A stretch of 63,961 bases of DNA, filler included, from Intoshia linei (GCA_001642005.1; 6 parts of 6 records of this genome joined end to end with filler, not necessarily neighbours in it); one strand, 5' to 3'. Shown: positions 1-14,047, counted from the whole stretch's first letter. Program-made: numbers and translations. Notes: generated by a model not told the origin, from the sequence alone.

Positions 1-200
1 TTTAAAGTAAAAAGTAATGTGATATGACGGTTCCACCTGAAACAAATTTGGGAAGCACTCTTTTAAAGGATTGATAATAGTTAATAGTAGGATTTTTAAG
101 TTGGATTTTCAACGTGAATTTATTTTTTTGGTATAATAAAAGAGTACCCTCGGCAGAGCTAGGTGATGTTTGTACGTAATACAAAACTTCCAAGCTAGTA
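1..200. repeat. Dispersed repeat, inverted copy at ~57460-57666
   Basis: tttaaagtaaaaagtaatgtgatatgacggttccacctgaaacaaatttggga...gccctcg..agagctagg closely matches the reverse complement of ~57460-57666; non-coding. Confidence 0.8.
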
Positions 201-224
201 CATGTATATATGTATGTATACTAA

Positions 225-520
225 ATTATATCAAATTATTTCATTGTGTGTGGTGTCGATTATTTCAATAACTAAGAGCCCCTGAATTTTAACAAACATA
301 AATTCTCAGTTAAATTTTTTCGGGGAGAATGTAAGATAAATTTCAATCTCAGAAACTTACATCTTCCCGGTTGAATATTCAAATTATTCTTTTTTTTAAA
401 AATCAAACGTGTTTTAGCATTTAAAAAAAATTATTTCAGTTACAATAATACATAATAATCATACACAAAAGTTTTTAATCTCAGTGACTTCTTAATGATC
501 AAAAAAGCACTTTTATAAAA
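225..520 (+). mobile_element. Partial copy of a dispersed Helitron-like non-autonomous repeat family
   Basis: Shares blocks (tgtgtg..tttcaataact, tttcaatctcagaaacttacatcttcccgg) with 1325-2000 and with the reverse strands of 32420-33160, 36900-37060 and 37790-37930. Confidence 0.5.
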
Positions 521-1324
521 TAAGATTAAATTAAATTAAACAAATCAATTTTGATTAATAATTATTAGGTATTAGTTAAATTAATAAAGTAATAAACGTC
601 ACGCGGGTCAAAAAAATTGTTACGGGGCCAGCAGTTTGACACATTTGGGGTACATGGTTTATCATTAATTTAAATCTTCGTCATATATACTTTGTACATA
701 ATCATGTATTTCGGTAAGCGATTTTTGTTTAAATTGTTGGAAATAGGCATGTGCTTTTATACATAAAATTTTGTACTCAAGTGAAGTTTTTATATGCATC
801 TGCTTATTTATAAATTTCAAATTCATTGATCAATCAAATCATACATTTTTTATGTGAGCTTTCTGGTTTAATATAATTAAATTAGGTGTAACGGTAAAAC
901 CAAAAAATTTGACCCTTTCTATCTACTTTCTCAGTTGCATTCGTAACTATTTAGGGAAATGCTAGTCATTTTTTTTCGGTATTTAGACGTAATTCTACAT
1001 TAAAAACTCTAATCAGAGTTTTAAATTTTGTTACAATTTAGACAAACAATCTACACATCTCTACTAAATTATTTTATTAATTATATTTATATTATATTAA
1101 ATTGGTGTAGAAAAAAGGTCATATACGCATGTAAGTAATTAAAACTAAAAAGTATTCACTAATTATTAATATTATAAAAGTTATCCACAATAATTATTAA
1201 TTGCTGATGTATTCAATAAATTTTATTGTATATCAGACTGGTCCAAGTAAATGGGGAAGTGAGGGCAAAATAATTGAATTCAGACATTCATGTATGAAAA
1301 TTTTATTACGTTTATTCTTTTCCT

Positions 1325-2000
1325 TTACTTATATAAAAATTAATGTCTGTGTGTAACCATTTATTGAAAAAATTGAAAGTCGCAGGACGTGTTTTTGTCT
1401 ATTTTTCAATTTCATAATTTGAGTCCTTCAGGGTAAAAAATCCAATTTTCTTTTTTTTTGAAACATAAATTCTGGGATAGTTTTTAAATTTATAAACATT
1501 ATCATAACATGGAAACCTCAAAAAAAATAAATTTCCCGATCACAACCCCACCATTACCATTTTTTTTTAAATGAAAACAGCATAGAATTTAAAAAAATTA
1601 CACATTGTACAGTTGTATTCTGTTAAGACACACAACAAATTTCAATCTGAATAAATGATGCCTTCACGGTCAAAAAAGTACTTTAATATTCATTTTTTTT
1701 ATTTCAAAACTATTTTATTAAAACAAAAAATTTGAATTAATTAAATGGTCCTACAATTAAAAAAAGAAAGATTATTCTGATAGAGTTAATCTATTTGATA
1801 TAAATACAAATTTTCAACCTCAGAAATCTACGCATTCCCGGTCAAAAATAATTTTTAATATATTATCAACCAATATTTTTCAAATGTAAAATGTAAATAT
1901 TCATCCCATTTTTTTTTGATTTACAAAAAAAATTTGCATTGAACGACTACACATTTAAAATGAAGAAATATGGGTGGATATCTTATAAATTGATTGCTAG
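1325..2000 (+). mobile_element. Dispersed Helitron-like non-autonomous repeat
   Basis: Several hundred bp align by eye with the reverse complement of 32420-32950. It starts tacttatataaaa..tgtctgtgtgt and ends ..tgctagt, resembling non-autonomous Helitron ends. Confidence 0.55.
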
Positions 2001-3044
2001 TATGTAATAATTACGGGTCGAAAATTGCCGATTGAGTAATATATTAATGGTTTTAGTTTTCATAATTTTAATACGTATTGTATATAGATTTTATGAAAAA
2101 AAATTTTCCCATGTATAATATCAATTAGAATTCCAGCTAAACGTTATTTAAATGGCTATCCGTATGTCTGTTATCCAATTGTGTGTATTACGCTATATAT
2201 AACGTATGTTCACATTAAAAAAAAATGCGCAGTTTTTCGCTTCATCGACACCCTAAGGCTACAACAAGCTCACCCTTATGGCTATTTATGTCCATTTGAG
2301 TTACAAAATAAGTCAAATCATATATTTATGATTATACTTAGATTAGTTCTGACTTTTAATTATTTACTTCGAATGAATAGATTTCTAGTTACCTATGTCG
2401 TGGTCCTGCGTATATTTGACAAAGATTATTTTATTTAAATGTCACCCGCTGGTAATTTCTAAAAACTATAATTTATTTGATACATAAATTATAGCATCCA
2501 TGCTAGTTAGCGGTTTGCTGAAAGTAAACTACTCCCACCAGTTTCAAATTCAATTTTTTGTTAAAAATTTGAAAGATGATTAAACCATCAAAATTTTAAC
2601 GTAATATGTACATAATCAATTAATATTAAATAAATTTAAAATCTAAATGCATACTCGGTGCAGAATATAAAATTACATTACCTCTGTATTGTAGATAATT
2701 GTTGATTACATAAATTAGCTGAAATAAGTAGAACACTTCCTAAGATTTATAGGAATGATTAAATAAAATAGACAAACATGTGTATAAAATAAAAATTAAT
2801 TAAAAAAAATATTTATTATAATAGTTATGTAACAATGGTTGAGAGAATGAACAAGAACCGTCGAGACAATTTACAATTTCTAGGCACTGTGGAAATCTTC
2901 TCGCATTGATATGTAATATAGGTGTGGCTATCTGACAGTTGCAAATATCGATTTGAGATTGTCTATTATCTCATTTTTAAAACGCATTCAAGTGTAATAA
3001 ACATCAAGTCACAACATTTAACAATAAAAAAAACTATATAACAT

Positions 3045-3497
3045 TTATTTTACAAGTTCATAACCAGGAAAGATAAATTGAGCCTCTCGTAAATAACTTT
3101 CATATGAATCTGAAGCATGAATCGCGTTTCTAGTGTCGCTTAGTGCGTATCTCTTCCTAATTGTATCGATAGAAAAGTCATTAACAGATTTGTAAACTTT
3201 TGAATTTCCAAGAAAATTTCGAAAAATTTCGATGCAATTTCCAGTACGATCGTATTTCAGAATTTGAGCCTGTATGATATCAGAAGACATATGCATGCTT
3301 AATCGTGTGTGAAAGAATTTTTTCGTGTGCTGTTTATAAAATGATTCTGCGTCAGATAAGGACCATTGAAGCCATTTTGATTTAACAACAGAAAAATTAT
3401 TTTTTTGAATGAATTTATTAATCTTCAATAGAGTATGATACGATTTGATTACATCAGGTTTAAATATGATAAGAGTCTTATCAATTTTCATTGTCAT
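3045..3497 (-). CDS. NME6: Nucleoside diphosphate kinase 6
   Basis: TLIIFKPD, FYxxHxxKFFHxRL, IRKRYALSDTRNAIHASDS..RE..FIFP match the NME6 subfamily. A possible intron 2963-3062 would give the C-terminus FPDNLKSIFATVR*. Confidence 0.9.
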   Translation of the reverse strand: MTMKIDKTLIIFKPDVIKSYHTLLKINKFIQKNNFSVVKSKWLQWSLSDAESFYKQHTKKFFHTRLSMHMSSDIIQAQILKYDRTGNCIEIFRNFLGNSKVYKSVNDFSIDTIRKRYALSDTRNAIHASDSYESYLREAQFIFPGYELVK

Positions 3498-4735
3498 TTA
3501 TTTTTCAGTATATGACGCAACTAAATTTAATTATATTAAATGAATTTGTCATGCACTGACAATGTTATTCCCTGGATAGAAATAAAACCAAATATGTTTT
3601 TGATGTTTTATCACGTTTATAATTAAATGAAAGATACCTTAACACTATAGCAGTTATAAAACTCTAAAAATTCTTTTTGGCAATCGTTTTTCTTTAAATC
3701 TGTTTTAGAAATAATACATTTTCCGTAAGCTTGGGCCTATATTTTATTTTACAATTAAAAATTACTGCGGTACATTATAAACTCATCAATTATCTATTGA
3801 AAATCAATAACATTTATTTTTAAGTGAACTCAATGTCATTGTCCTCAAAAATTAATTCTAATGAAATTGTAAAAGTTTATAATATTCGATAATAATAATA
3901 TATATTTTTTCATAATAGAAAGCAGGGGTTTTTTAACGTAAGCTTTGGGTTATTCGATAAATATTAAAGTGTCTATATCAGTTAAAAAATTTTAACCAAA
4001 ATTTTTAGGTAACTTGTATTTTTTCTATCTTCTCTAGTTCACTAAAATTATACCAAACCACAACATTGGCGAATTAGAGAAAATGCAGTATAAAATATTA
4101 AATGTCAAAATTGATTTACTATGAAAATCGTCATTAATTAGTATCATTATACTATAATAGATTTATTATCATATACCTATCTACGTATTTAATTTACCTC
4201 TTTCGAACAACTTAAAAATGAATCGGAAAATAATTTTATAACGTCCAATCTTTTATTCTTCATTAAATAATTAAAATTTTAGTTTATTTTAATATTTAAT
4301 TTAAACGTTGAATATTTTTATTATTTTTTGTAGATTTGATTCAAATCATTTGTATTTATTCAATTAAGCCTTATGATAAGACCCAATGGAAGTGCAAATT
4401 ATATTTGAAAAAAGTCAACGAATTATATTTTCTTTTACAATTTTTATTTACAAATTTTAATTAAATTTTGTCTAGTCTGAAGAAATAATATAGAATTTTA
4501 GATCAAATATTTGAAGATTACAAATAAATAGGATAGTGAAACTAATGGAAACAAAATAGAAAACCAATGGATTTGTAAAATTGAATAGAAAACTGATTCA
4601 TGATTGATAACGGGAGTACTCTCTTTATTTTGTATAACTATGTCATTTTTAGATAATGACTATACTACACTAAAATCCACTTTAAAAAATACTGATATAG
4701 TAATTATGACTATTGATTTATGACAACCTTTTTAG

Positions 4736-5565
4736 TTTCAAGATGAGAAACGTTATTTGATCGCTCAAGGTATAATCAATGTTTTTGATCAAAAACAAAA
4801 ATCAATTACCTCAAATCACCTAATACTTTTAAATGATTTGCTTGTTATATTCAATATCGCTGAAAATAACCAAACTGTAACTATTATTTAATTCATTATA
4901 TATTGTTTAGTTTAGTAATCCCAAAATTTTCGACATTGAAAAAGTTTCTGTTGAACTCTTTGTGGATTCTTTAGGTAATTTTTATTATATTTAATGTACA
5001 TTTTTTTAGAATCAAATGTGTTTCAAATAACGTGTCTTAATGAAAACATTATCATATTTACCATGTGTTATGTTGAAGCTGTGCGATGGTGTCGGTCAAT
5101 TAACCTTCGATCAAAACTTATCAAATTAAATTGTATTTGGAATATAAAATAATTTTAAAATTTAGTGGGAATTCCCACCAAGAAAACTGAATGGATACCA
5201 GACAATAATGCCGTTTGGTGTATGACATGTCAATCTAGTTTTACAGTCATCAATCGACGTGTAATATTATTTTTTTTTATTACCGTTATTTGTAGCATCA
5301 TTGTCGCAAATGCGGGTTTGTTGTATGTGACGAGTGTTCAAAACACCGTGCGATAATTAAGCGAATTTCTGTGGATCAAAAATTGAGAATATGCAATAAA
5401 TGCTATACAAAAAAAGTTAATCACGTCAAATTACTTAAAGATATAAACCAATGTTTACAAAAAATTATATCCACTGATTTGAGCGTTACCTGTTCAACTA
5501 CAGAAACTGAAAATATCAATAGCTTATCTGTGTCATTGTGTGAAACAGTATCTACTGAACTGTGA
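4736..5565 (+). CDS. PH + FYVE domain protein (Phafin/FGD-like), multi-exon; 5' exons probably lie in 3560-4700, unresolved
   Basis: PH-like exon RYLIAQG..HLILLNDLLVIF. FYVE WIPD..CMTC..FTVINRR|HHCRKCGFVVCDECS..LRICNKC after removing the 35-nt intron 5261-5295. Confidence 0.8.
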
Positions 5566-5633
5566 TTGTATATTTTTTTAAATAAAATTTACCATTCAAG
5601 TTTCTTAGTACACGTAAATAATAAAATTATCTA

Positions 5634-7036
5634 ATGAATGCAAACTTAACCAGAAAGTTTAATATAGCAAAAAAAAGGCTATTCGAAGGACCCTGGATGA
5701 AATGGAGCATTTCAGATGATGATCCAGATAACATTGATGGTTTAAATCTCAATTCACCTTATGACGTTTGTTTCTATGACAATAACTTAGTGGTGGCTGA
5801 TACTGAAAATAAGCAAGTTGTCATTTTGGATGGCAAAAAAGGTGAATTAATCACCACTTTAGGAAAGTCAGCCATTTCACCCGTTGGAGTAGCTTTTGAC
5901 CGAAATTCTAACCACATTCTAGTTGTGGAAGCACAGAGACAATGGTTCTAATTTATATATTCTTATATTTACGTTTAGTATTTTGCATTATGATGTGAAT
6001 ACTGGGCAGTGTGTTGAAGGGTGGGGTAAACATCATTTTAAGGATGCTCGTGGAATTGGGATAACCTCAAATGGAAGTGTAGTAGTTAGTGATATAGAAT
6101 TGCACTGTATAAAAATTAGAGAACCAGGGTCTAGAAAATTAAAAAGATTAGGTTCGTATGGAACCGAACATCACACTTTTAGGTATCCCATGTACCTAAA
6201 TATTGATAGCAATGATCGTATTCTAATATCTGATACACACAATAATTGTATCAAAACCTTTGATATGTCTGGAAATATATTACGAGAAACAAGGTTTTTT
6301 TAAATTAAATCAGTTCTTTATCGTAACAATAATGCGTATTAATATTTGTAATGGTATTGAAGGCGGTGCAATGTGAAGGTGAAACTTTCCATAGAAATTA
6401 AATAAGTTTATGCGTATTAATTATATTTTTGATAAATTTTTTATCATCAAGGATTGCTTCTAAAGATTAGAATCTTAGAATTGGATATGAACATTATCGT
6501 TCTATAAACAAATTAGTCAATTAATATTTTTCAATGTGAATTAGAAATCATCATGAAACAATACATAAACAGCCAAAACACAATCATTTAATGGTGTCAA
6601 ATAAATATCGTTAACCAGTTAATTAGGTCCTTATAAACGGCTATATCCATGTATTAAAGTGAGAATCGAGACTTTCGTGTTCTTTAAAATAAATTCAGAC
6701 TACTTTTTATTCTTTATTATTATTTAAAAATATATTTTCAGAGAATTACGATCAGAAAAACCTTTTGGGATACTTAGTGGAATATCAACCATGCCTAACC
6801 GAAACATTATAGTTTGTGATTATTTGAATAATTTTGTATCAATGTTAAGTAATGATGGGCACTATATAAGACACTTGCTGTCGAGCAAACAAAGCATTGA
6901 ACAACCTACAGGAGTTTCAATAAATTCATCGGGAACCGACATGGCTGTTGTCAGTGCAGGTTTATATTCAACTTTGAGCGTATACTCACTGGATCAACCA
7001 ACTGATATCAGTAAAGATATAGAAATTGTCGATTAA
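5634..7036 (+). CDS. NHL-repeat beta-propeller protein (3 exons); may be the C-terminus of the PH-FYVE gene
   Basis: Repeated NHL blades: LNSPYDV..LVVADTEN, SPVGVAFD, FKDARGIGI..VVVSD, FRYPMYLNIDSNDRILISD, IIVCDY, IEQPTGVSIN. Confidence 0.85.
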
Positions 7037-7121
7037 TTTACCCATTGACAGGTAAATGGTAATTGATTATATATTGTTGATAATAATAAAAAGAGTAAAT
7101 TAAAATTTATATAATTTTACA

Positions 7122-8019
7122 CTAGATTTCAGCAGATACACTTTCAATTCGTTCAAATGATTCCTAAAAATAATTTGTTAAATAGCCAAATAAATTTTTA
7201 CCCACCCACCATTTTGTACAACTTCTTCTGCAAGATGTTTATCAAAATACTGTAACGCGTACACTTTCGTATTTCTTACAAATTTAACTATTCGCTTAGA
7301 TTTGTCATTTAAATTGTAGATAATTGAAGTAGCGACACTAAAAAGTGCAGCAACACTTCTCAAAATAGTCTTTCCTAAAATTCCCAAAACTAGGTTCATT
7401 CTATTTTCAAAATCTTTATAACTTCCTAAAATACGTTCAATGTTTTTATCTTTCATTTTTCCATGGATCAATGCATAATTTGATTCACTTATCTGTGTTA
7501 AATTTTCTAAATTTGATACATTCTTTAATAATAAAACTTACTGGACATGACATAAATGTTAAATTCATCCGCAACATTACGAAGTTTAATTGCAATTTTT
7601 TGGATGGATTTTACAGTTGAATAGTCAAATCTATCCATATGTAGACAACAATTTTTAGGTTCTTTACAATTAAATGGATTTGGTATAAATTCAATTTTCT
7701 TGGCAGAAACAGGAGTGGAATTTTTAACTTTAAAAAGAATTTCCAACTTCTTTTTGGTTTTCTCAAAAAATGAAACTCGCCTTTCAACTGAAGACTTGTT
7801 TCCATTTCCATTAGTTTCATTTTTTTCTTCTTTTTCTACAATTGATTTTAATCTGATATTTTCGTTAGCTTGAGATGAAGAATCGCTGATTGTTCGTGTT
7901 CGACTATATCTTGCATTTTCAACCTTTGGATTAGGTGGGATAAATTGAAATTCTTTAAATATTAATCTTGCTGCCAATTTTACATCATCTAATTTTTCAT
8001 TTCTATCAATAACATCCAT
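7122..8019 (-). CDS. Bcl-2 family protein with BH3 and BH2, degenerate BH1, no TM anchor (3 exons)
   Basis: BH3 IAIKLRNVADEFN; BH2 LAEEVVQNGGW|ESFE; last exon ends SAEI* at 7122. Confidence 0.75.
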
Positions 8020-8648
8020 TACATTTAAATTAATTCAAGTGAAACATAAAATTCCATAGTAATATTATTAACTATATATTGACATAATTTATTTTAGGTA
8101 CATATTAAAATTGATAAATAATAATGTACTAATTTTGAGATTTAATTGGTTGGAAACAGAAAATATTTACAAATTTGTTAATAATTTAAATGTATATGAA
8201 AAATGAGAACACCATTTTACAAAAATTTCGTCGAACCACCCGAAGAGAGATATCGATATGGTAGGTTCGGTTCTGCCAACAGAACGATGGTTCATGTTAT
8301 GAAATTACGTTTTTTGTAATATTTAATCGATAATAATAATAAAGTATTATTATGATCACTTCAGAGACTAAATTTAAACCCAATGGCAAAGCTATGGCTG
8401 TTTTTCAATTCTCTGTATTAATTTAACTAATTTGTACAAAATTTACTTTAAAAGGGGATAAATTGATATTTAAAGTAAATAAATCAAATCTGAATGAAGG
8501 CAACCGTTCCCACACCTGTCGAAAAATATTTAATCGAAACAACTCTAAAAATACATTGTAAAAGATCCTATTATTTTTTGTTTATTTTATAACTTGAAAT
8601 TATTTTTCAAATTTATTTACACATAAATATTTATATTTAAAATAACTT

Positions 8649-10132
8649 ATGGATTTAAAGTTAATATCTTCTTTATGCTTAACAAGCGATTCCACTCATT
8701 ATAATATTGGAGAAAACTTTGTAGGAAGTTTACACATCATCTCCAAAGAAGACAATATTTTTAAAGATGTAACAATCAAATTGGTTGGAAAGTGTACATT
8801 TTACAATTATATTATAAATCAGGTAATGAATACATATTTTTTATAAAATAAATAATTTCAAATTTTGAAGATAAAAGTGTGCATCATTAAAAACTGTAAA
8901 ATATAATTATATTAGAACGGAACAGTACGATCAGAAGTTAAAAAAAAGTTTATAGAAAAATTTTACAAAATCAACAATAGTAATATCAGAATAAATATGC
9001 ATAGAATATGTTAATTGTAAATCTACATAGATAGAAGAATTTTGTTGAAAGGATTGAATAGAATTCCCATAATATTTCCTTTGCAACAAAACGATAAAAC
9101 CCCGTAATTTATAAATATATTTCTAATTTTAATACAATATACTCAGATACACAACATCTTTTAAAAATTATCATGGAAAAACATATTACTACTTAAAAAC
9201 TTACGTAAAAAATGTAAAAAAAGACAAGCTATCAATAAAATTAATTGCAAGTATTGATCCTCTTAAAATAAATGTAATGTCATAATTTTTAAAATAACAT
9301 GAAAATATAAAATAGGATTGATCTGAAATAAATACACACTGTCCATAAGATTATACACATTACAATGTATAAAATAAGTTAGTTTTTCATATTCCATTTT
9401 ATTAATATCTCGGAAAGGCTGTAATTACAAATATTAGAGATAATTTCAATAACCTGGTAATTAAGTCTAGAATTACATCATATGTTGCATAATAAAACAG
9501 TTACTTGGCTTTATTGCATTTAAATAGTTTGTACTGATACAATTAGGTCGCATTACAGTATAATAAATTAATAATAATAAATAATTATTTGATATAGTAC
9601 TTTTTTATTTTAGCAAACGTATGAAACTGAAAAATATTTAAAGCTCAATAAATCCATAAGTGGATTCTTTGAAATAAAAATTAGTATAACCAAAACAATA
9701 TTTAAAATGACCGAAAAAATTCCTGTTGATTGTAAAGTAACAAATAACGGAAATTCCAGTAAACTAATCAAAATTGCTATTGTTAGAAAATATATTTACA
9801 AAAATACAACCACAACAGCTAATTATAAAGAAAAACTTTACTCAACCATCCGTAATTAATAGTATAACTTAATAATATATAATTTATAATAATAATAGTA
9901 TAATTTAGTTAAAAAGGTAAAATCGAATGAAGTGTACGAAGAAACGAGTTATATTCCTCTACAAAAAGATATTTATCCAACCCCACCTGCCATTCGAAAA
10001 GAATATGTATCATGTGAAGATTATGTAGTGGTATATTTTAAATAATAATAATTACACATTTTATAGGTAAAATGCATTAAAAAATTACTGGGGAAGACAA
10101 AAGTAAAATTGAGAATATTTTTGATTGCTTGA
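8649..10132 (+). CDS. Alpha-arrestin (ARRDC-like), multi-exon
   Basis: Arrestin_N: YNIGENFVGSL..VTIKLVG, LLKGLNRIPIIFPL, TSFKNYHGKTYYYLK. Arrestin_C: IKISIPKTIFKMTEKIPVDCKVTNN. Confidence 0.75.
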
Positions 10133-10191
10133 TGTAAATATTTTTATTCAAATAAATATTAAATGCGACATTAAAATGAAAAAAAATATTT

Positions 10192-12490
10192 TTACACTAT
10201 CAAATTTTGCTTATTTGATATATTCTTTTCGTGATCAGTCGGTCTAAATAATATATTATATTTCAACTTTGTATTTGAAAATTTTGTTAAAATTGATAGT
10301 CTACTCTTCACATATTTGCATACCATTTAATTAAAAAAACAGCAACGATTTAAATAGAAAATTAAACTGAAATTCTATAAAAATTAGAGTGAAAACCTAA
10401 TAGATCAGTTCAATTAACAGATTAAAAATAGATCAAATTTTATAAATTAATTTTACCGAAAATAACATTTAACATTTACCTATCAATCTGATTTGTAGAA
10501 TCATCAACAATTTTTTTGTAATTTATCATCTTGGGTACTAATTTCTAAAAAAATTAATAGAAATTAAAATATTATATACGGTAATACGATCATATATTTC
10601 TGAAACTAAATTCATGGCTCTACTTCTTCCTAGGTTAGAATCTTTAATTTCAATTTTATTTAAATTTAAGGGTGAAGAATGTTCATCTAAAATAAATTAA
10701 AAAATAATAAATAAATTATATAAAAATTAATTAGATGACACCCTAGTACAAGTTATTTTTCATTATAAAATCAAATGTGGGTTACCAATTATTATTTTCA
10801 GCATTATCTATAATTCAATCAGTCATTTCTAAAATATCATTCATATGCAGAGCCGTTTTCAGGCATGGGAATATGGGCTGTAGCCCAGGGCACCTCATTA
10901 AAAAAGGCCCCCAAATTAATAAAAGTACTCACTGTAAGGATATTGAGTCAATTAGTTCAAACAATTTATTTATAGTTCAAACAAATTTAATTATAGTTAA
11001 AATATAATTTAAGTTTCTTCAATTTTGTTTGTCAATAGAATGGTATTGCCTGATTGGTTTCCTAGGATTAAGTTTATTTACTGGTTCGGCTGTGATGTTG
11101 ATAATATTATTCTTACATTTATATCTTAAAAAGAGGCCCCAATTTATTAAAAAATACTTCACATTTATATCTTAAGAATCAGTTTATAAGTTTTGAAGTT
11201 TATTGAAGTTTGAACTTTTTCTAAACTAAAAAAAATTAAGAATGAACTTCGAAATTGCTTAGCTCAACCTCGTTTGAATGTGCTCTCCTTAATTTCAATT
11301 GAGAATGATATCAGTTTTGATAATATCATATCTGATTTCTCTCAGAAAAAAGTGAGAAAACAACATTTGTGAAGAATTATCAAGAATTTTTTGTGACTGC
11401 ATGGTGTATATTTTCAAATGAAAAAGTAAACTTTGCTCATTAATTAATGTAAGTATGTTTTTTTAAAATGAATAAAAGTTACTAGAAACCTACATAATAT
11501 CTTTTAATACTCAATGAAATAAAACTCTAAGTCTCCAACCAACAGTATGCCCTGTCTTCTAAACAGGGGACCTTAATTTTTTGTATCGCTTCGCTCGAAA
11601 TTTTAAAGGCCCCGGCCATTTGCTTAGCTCAGTGCCCCGAAGTGGCTTAAGACGGCTCTGTTCATATATGAATGTCATTAAAAATTATTTATGTTATTAG
11701 TACGTAAATCTAAAAAGAACAGAAAAGGACGACATTCGTGTGTATAAATATTTTGATCTAAAATTATTTATGGAAATTCTATTGATTTTTATCAAAATTT
11801 TTTGTAAATTATAATAATGTAAAACAAATAATAATTTTAAATATGATATATTATAACCAATAGGTTTCAATAAAAATTACTATTTTTAATATTTTCCACG
11901 TTTGAATAATGATGAATAGTTTTGTCTTGCTCAAAAGATGAATATACCTTGTTTTTATATGTTAGTTCATCTCGTAAATCTATAAATATTATTTTTTCAA
12001 AAACACAATCATACCTTTTATTTCATCTTTTAATCTTTGTACATTTTGAGTCAGTTTTTCTTTGTCTACTAGTTCTCCTTCGAGAAAAGCATTTTTTTCT
12101 AGAGACACAGTGAGTTTGTATTCAAAATTTTCTAGTGATGTAATCATAGTACGCTTATCCATTTCATAGTCATCAACAGATTGTTCTTGAGTTCTTAGAG
12201 TGTTTTCCAAATTTAAATGAAGTATTTTTACAGTTTCAAGGTTTTGAGTTAATTGGTTTATGGTAGTTTGATTATCTACATATCTTTGGTTGTATTCTGA
12301 CTAAAATTGTAAATTATTTGAACAGAAAATATTACTCTGATTTCATCAATATTGTTTTTAAGTCTTTTGTTATCCTCAGATAAACGTTTAATTTCGTTGT
12401 TTGTATCATTTAGTTCAGCTTCGAGAATTGCATTATATTCTTCGTTTTCTTTAGCGAATGATTCATATTCATTTTTAAGATTGTTAAAAC
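10192..12490 (-). CDS. NDE1: NudE/NDE1-NDEL1 dynein regulator; 5' end unresolved (upstream exons may include 12710-12952)
   Basis: EYESFAKENEEYNAILEAEL; EQSVDDYEMDKRTMITSLENFEYKL..EKNAFLEGEL.DKEKLTQNVQRLKDEIK|DLRDEL; C-terminal SRAMNLVSEIYDRI. Confidence 0.85.
10848..11660 (+). mobile_element. Internally deleted hAT element inside an NDE1 intron
   Basis: TIRs CAGAGCCGT / ACGGCTCTG; 8-bp TSD ttcatatg / ttcatata; hAT dimerisation remnant FSKLKKIKNELRNCLAQPRLNVLSLISIE. Confidence 0.85.
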
Positions 12491-14047
12491 TAATCCATTT
12501 TTAAATACGCATTCAAATTTAAAAGTGTTTCCGAAAGTTGATGTAAGTACAGTATTATCATGGAATACAAAATTATAAGCCCTCAGTCAGTTTAAATAAA
12601 ACAGATCATTCTTGCATTTATTATTAATTTATCAAAGGAGTCGACTAATTTCATCTGTCTTAGTTTAATCTTTGTTTTTTGCTCCCCGAAAGAGCAAAAT
12701 CATATAATTTTAGTTTCTGGGTTTCAATTCTATTTTAGGAATTACCACCAAAGCTAAAAAATTGTTAGTCTCAGATTCAAAAATTATAGAGTAAAGGTCT
12801 AACTTTATCCTGAAGTAATTACAATATCGATTTTTCGAAGTTGAAAATAAAGCTAAAAATGGAACAATGTTATCATGTTCTACATAAAATTTAATTTCAC
12901 ATCCAACGGATCCTAAATCACATTTTGGAGTATAGGCCTCCAGAAACGACAATTTATATATACGTAAGATAATATATACATGTAACTAAAATTATAAAGC
13001 TAATTCAGCGATTCACAACATCTTTTAAAGTACGTTGTCCTTCTGTTATTCAATTTATAAACGTTAAAACAGTATCAAAATATAAAAAATATTTGCTTCG
13101 TAATAATTTGTCAAAAATTGTAAAACCCATTTATATCATGATCTTTTTCATAGAAGGGACCCGCGAAAATTTTCCCTTAATATAGAGGTCCATCTATATT
13201 AAAGTTAAAGAATCACCGATTATATTATTTATTGGGAGCCGAATTCGTGAAACGTCGCATTAAATGATTAGATGAAAGATCGAAAATTAATACTATACGA
13301 TTTACATTTCGTAGTTAATCGGAAATTGAATGTAAATCAAAATTTGATAGAAAATCAATACAAAATACACCGACAAACAATAGTACTTACAATGTTAATT
13401 ATGATTTAACTAAAAAGGTAAAATAAAATATAAAATACTTATTTTCCATCATTTCAGCATGATTTTTCCAATATTCTATATTACCCTCCTGAGTTGTCAT
13501 ATTGAGTTTCACAAAATTTAAATTTTATTTGTTGTTATGAAAAATTAAGTAAACTTGCATTTATTATGAATCATAAATGTAAACCATTGTGACTTGAATG
13601 ATTTTCAATTATATTGTCAATATTTAGCCTACAACTACAGACAAATCTGCTATATATCCAACTGTGCATAGATTCACATTACGGTTAATCATACACATAC
13701 TTTTCTGAATTATATAACCTTTGACTAAGTTGAATTAAGTTAAGATAGAATAAATCTAAAAGTCAACAAGCCTGAAATCACAATTTTATCATACTTTTCT
13801 ATCAGGGAGTAACATTGTGGTCAATAAAATTATAATAGAGTCCGGGAAAAAAAGATTTACTATTATAGTTTAGAGATATGAACGAACCAACATATTGAAA
13901 TGAAATTCTGCCACTGGCGGTAAAAAAATTATTTCCAGATTTTAAATTATCTCAATCGTACTGTACGTTACGTACACATTGCAAATATCTAATTAAAAAT
14001 AATAAAGATATGTTTATTTAAAATTAAACGAACTTTACTAAAAATAA

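Noticed and set aside
2181-2438. 85-aa plus-strand ORF
   Set aside because: No homology cues or ATG; consistent with a chance ORF in intergenic DNA
2800-2962. Cys-rich open frame downstream of NME6
   Set aside because: Only ~54 codons with no start codon; the acceptor is better explained as a short terminal NME6 exon in another frame
3105-3125. NME6 HASD instead of HGSD as evidence of a dead kinase
   Set aside because: The catalytic His and neighbouring residues are retained; a single Gly-to-Ala change is not enough to claim loss of function
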